Part shown: positions 16,381 through 19,451 of the stretch, one piece after another
How the letters are laid out: each line of letters begins with the position of its first letter
How positions within the stretch are numbered: position 1 is the stretch's first letter
DNA from: Candidatus Hydrogenedentota bacterium
GTDB taxonomy: Bacteria > Hydrogenedentota > Hydrogenedentia > Hydrogenedentales > SLHB01
Assembly (NCBI GenBank): GCA_034408725.1
Contig: JAWXCN010000047.1
Span: 1 to 19,451 of the forward strand
Reading direction: 5' to 3'
DNA length: 19,451 bases
Translations under genes and position numbers: made by a program
Notes under the pieces: model-generated
Databases searched by the model: none
What the model saw: the letters and a program-made list of their open reading frames with translations, nothing else
What the model was told of the DNA's origin: nothing

Positions 16381-16573
16381 AGAGAAATATTTACCAAATT
16401 CTGGAGAGATAAACTCGAAAGCAACGATATTATTAGTCAGAACTGACAACTACTTTCTCCGAAGAGATAAATAATTGGATACGGTTGGCAGCGCTTAACT
16501 GGTCACGTCTGGACGGCCGTAGAATCGGGCGGCTCGCTGCTTTTCTGAGCTTTCGTGTGGAAGCTACATCAAT

Positions 16574-17173
16574 CTACGGCGCTTCGCCTTCCGCAGACGG
16601 CACTATTACCGGCGGCTCAGGATACGTCAGCGAGCCTTTCCCATCCTTCTCGACGTGAAACGCGGCGCGCACGTTGCCGTCCGCGTCGTGCAATTCGAGC
16701 ATCGGAATTCCATCGCTGTTGATGCCATACGAAGCGCGGGCCCGCTCATTGGCATCGAGTAGATGAAGGAATGGATCACCTTCCGGCGTGGTCAACATAT
16801 TGACGCGCGCGCGTTCCTCGCTATCGATCAGTATGAGGTTTGCGCCGCCAACTGTTGTCAACGCCAACCAGGCGCGGCGCTTGCCGTCTTTACCGTTCAG
16901 TGCAAGCGAAGGCGCGCCCTGATCATTCAATGCAATGGTCGCGCGCGCTTTTCCTGTCGCGTCGCGCAACTCGAACTGCGGCGTTTTACCGCCGGCCGAT
17001 CCGAGTACCGCAAGCACCTTTCCACTGGGATCGATCAGTTCGAAACGCGTCGCGCGCAGGATATTCGTCTCCGCCGCCGCGTTGCCTGGCCACAACCGCT
17101 CAATGCCAATGCCAATCATCAGCACGATCATCAGTGCAATCATTTGCACGATAGCGGACAATCGCGTTTTCAT
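16574..17173 (-). CDS. Membrane-anchored hypothetical protein with about six ~23-aa beta repeats
   Basis: AAGGAGG SD before ATG 17173; N-terminal TM; repeated L.L.D..G..RA.......G.P. Confidence 0.8.
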   Translation of the reverse strand: MKTRLSAIVQMIALMIVLMIGIGIERLWPGNAAAETNILRATRFELIDPSGKVLAVLGSAGGKTPQFELRDATGKARATIALNDQGAPSLALNGKDGKRRAWLALTTVGGANLILIDSEERARVNMLTTPEGDPFLHLLDANERARASYGINSDGIPMLELHDADGNVRAAFHVEKDGKGSLTYPEPPVIVPSAEGEAP

Positions 17174-17224
17174 ACTGTTTCCTCCTTGCAATAGCGGTCG
17201 AAACACTGCGGGGTATTCGACACA

Positions 17225-19111
17225 TCAATACGCGCCGTGGCTGTACGTCGTCAATATTGCCGCCAGAGAAAGCGACGCATAGTATGTATCGCAAGGATAT
17301 GCATCGAGCGCGCGCTGAATGACTGGCGCCAGCAGCGGTTCAAGCGATGCGAGATTTTCTTTCTGGTCCCGCATCACCATCGCAGCGCGCGCGAGTATTT
17401 CCAACGATTCCGCAGGCGAATTATTTTCAATGCTTTCCAGCGCATAATACACTGCCGCGGCCCAGCGCGGGTCCCCGGCAGGGACCAAATCTGCCGGCCA
17501 TATCGCAAGCGGATCGGCTGTCTTGAAAAGTCCGTCAGCATCCAGCGCCTGAAACCGCAACACATCGGCCATTTCCGTCACGCGCGATGCCCATTCGGGC
17601 TTTTCCTCCCCGGTGGCTTGCGCAAACGATGCGGCGCTACGCAGACCTGCATGCGCGATGGCAAAGGTTTCAATCGACGCCGAATCGCGGAGCACTTCCG
17701 GTTCAAAAGATAGCGCGGGAGTGTCATGCGCGGCGCGCGCCCAACTCGAAATAAAATCACCCGTCCGATTGACGGCGCCCCATAGTTTTTTCCGGTACGC
17801 TTCCCGGTGTTCTTCAGCCAGAAAAGCATCGTGCTGCCACGCCGACCATAGAAACCACCCAGCCGCCTGAACGTCTAAGACTACATCTGGCGCGGCTTCC
17901 ACACCGGTCGCGTAGAGCGCCGCGGGAAGTGAACCTATGGGTGCGCTTTGGCTCCCATCCTGGCGCACGGCGTTTGCGTAAAAATCGAGGTGTGCGCTTG
18001 CTTCGTCGCGATAACCGGCCAAATCGAGCGCGAGCGTCGTCCACGCTCCCTGCCTCGTCACGTCAACAAACAGTGGAGAATCGGCCACGGCAGCTCGGGA
18101 GACTGCGCCGGACCGCGGGTCAGCGGCGACCAATAGTTGCCGGAGCGCGCGCGTGTAGAGCGGCGAAATCGCGGGATTCGAGAATTGCGGGCGCACCGCT
18201 TGGGCTACCCGTGTTTCCCACCATTCCGTTGTCGAACGCAATAATTGTTCGTATCCCTGCTGCTTTGCGAACGCCAGTGAATCATCCACGTTGCTGCGCC
18301 GCTCTCCTGCCGCGAGAAAAATCGTCGCAGTGTTGTCCGCCGGGTCTAACGGCACACGCACGACGGAATAGCACTGACCGACAGCGCGCATGGTGCGCGC
18401 GTCCGCCAATTCGTCCTGTGCGCGCGTCGAGCATACGGCATGCAGAAAAGTTTCTGGCGCCGCATACCCAATCCATACCGCCGCGCCTTTTTTCATCCAT
18501 TGCGGGATTAGCCCGCCGGTCAGCCAGCGATTCGTCTCCTCCCACGCCACGCTATGGGCATCCGCGGGGCGCGCGTGATACATGGCGCCTTCGTTGAACG
18601 CCACCATGTCTGCGCGCGTCGCGAACAGGCGCTCGGAACCGGGAACAGCGCGCATTGACGATGGACACGGCGAAAAATCGCTGTGCCACAGCACGGAATT
18701 CTGTTGCGGTTGTTCGAGGAACCTGAGTTGAAAAACCGCGATATCGCGCTCTGGAACAACAAACGCTGTCTGCACAACACCGGTGGAGACATCCGCCATT
18801 TCGATGACTGGCGCCGACCCATCCTGCATGCGCGTGGCACCAGGCGTATTGCTGACCACCCACCTTACGCCGTCGCCATCGTCCATCGCCCACTTTGCGC
18901 CCCGCACCGTTCCGTCAAGTTCCGTATACGTGAGTTGGTTTGGCGCTGTCGGCTCCGGCCAACGGCACATGCTCAGCCGGCCGAAATGATCAAAGGCTAT
19001 TGTCAATCGTCCGTTTCCCGCGACGCCTGCACAATCGTCCGGTCCGAACAGACCATACGATGCATCCGCGATCGCGGCCAGGCACATCAGGTGCAGCAGT
19101 GCGAACCTCAT
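17225..19111 (-). CDS. Secreted GH15-like / six-hairpin glycosidase-like protein, catalytic motifs degenerate
   Basis: Signal-like N-terminus, AGNGRLT..FD..G.L...WP segment, helical half with DP.SGA and ALDLAGY..EA..HL.F. ATGA overlap with the upstream gene. Confidence 0.6.
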   Translation of the reverse strand: MRFALLHLMCLAAIADASYGLFGPDDCAGVAGNGRLTIAFDHFGRLSMCRWPEPTAPNQLTYTELDGTVRGAKWAMDDGDGVRWVVSNTPGATRMQDGSAPVIEMADVSTGVVQTAFVVPERDIAVFQLRFLEQPQQNSVLWHSDFSPCPSSMRAVPGSERLFATRADMVAFNEGAMYHARPADAHSVAWEETNRWLTGGLIPQWMKKGAAVWIGYAAPETFLHAVCSTRAQDELADARTMRAVGQCYSVVRVPLDPADNTATIFLAAGERRSNVDDSLAFAKQQGYEQLLRSTTEWWETRVAQAVRPQFSNPAISPLYTRALRQLLVAADPRSGAVSRAAVADSPLFVDVTRQGAWTTLALDLAGYRDEASAHLDFYANAVRQDGSQSAPIGSLPAALYATGVEAAPDVVLDVQAAGWFLWSAWQHDAFLAEEHREAYRKKLWGAVNRTGDFISSWARAAHDTPALSFEPEVLRDSASIETFAIAHAGLRSAASFAQATGEEKPEWASRVTEMADVLRFQALDADGLFKTADPLAIWPADLVPAGDPRWAAAVYYALESIENNSPAESLEILARAAMVMRDQKENLASLEPLLAPVIQRALDAYPCDTYYASLSLAAILTTYSHGAY

Positions 19112-19451
19112 TCCGCCTCTTCCCCGGTAGATTCGGCGAGGCTGCCGGTGAACTTGATGACATTCGTGCGCGCTTCACCGTCGATACGCAGCTCGCCGAG
19201 GTGCGACAGCGCCTTGATTCTTGTCGCCAACGAACCGCGCACGTCCGCTTCACCGAGGCGCGGCAGCAGATCGTTCTCGCCCAGCCATGCGGCCACAACG
19301 TCCGCCCCTTCACCAAACCGCGCCCATGAGACACGCACGGCGACGTCGACGTCCGCCGCACAGGCTGGACCTTCTCTCAGGCGACCCGCGAGACCCGCCA
19401 TCGCCGCTTCGTTTGTCGAGGCGATCCACTCCCGTGATGACTGCGCAACAC
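19108..19451 (-). CDS. C-terminal part of a hypothetical protein; 5' end outside the window
   Basis: Frame is open from the window edge (VAQSSREWIASTNEAAMAG...) to TGA at 19108-19110, which overlaps the next ATG. Confidence 0.65.
   Translation of the reverse strand, partial: VAQSSREWIASTNEAAMAGLAGRLREGPACAADVDVAVRVSWARFGEGADVVAAWLGENDLLPRLGEADVRGSLATRIKALSHLGELRIDGEARTNVIKFTGSLAESTGEEAE

Overview
Bacterial chromosomal window, GC-rich (roughly 55-60% by eye). The gene style is compatible with a Hydrogenedentota/PVC-like environmental organism, but this is inference only. Gene content in order: an NgcE-like carbohydrate ABC transporter (binding lipoprotein + 2 permeases, minus strand), a small membrane protein, ispG, a lower-GC DUF4258-like/DUF2283 putative toxin-antitoxin pair, a PilT/PilU ATPase, an N-terminally extended HAD hydrolase, an aldehyde dehydrogenase, a Tat-exported 3-His cupin resembling thiol dioxygenases, a YfbK-like VWA lipoprotein, an orphan with an internal domain duplication, xseA-xseB, a PEP-CTERM protein with a sigma54 + IHF-like promoter, a beta-repeat membrane protein, a degenerate GH15-like protein and a truncated CDS. 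The most striking non-coding signal is that the intergenic spacers carry at least five different families of short tandem or inverted repeats, some nested inside each other: (CGTGCT)n, (CGAWACC)n, a GTCATTCC REP-like unit, AACCAC-GRRG triple units and a GGGAGGG REP doublet. No cognate transposase or nuclease gene is in the window. No rRNA, tRNA or CRISPR array was seen. All family assignments are from motif recognition, not database searches.
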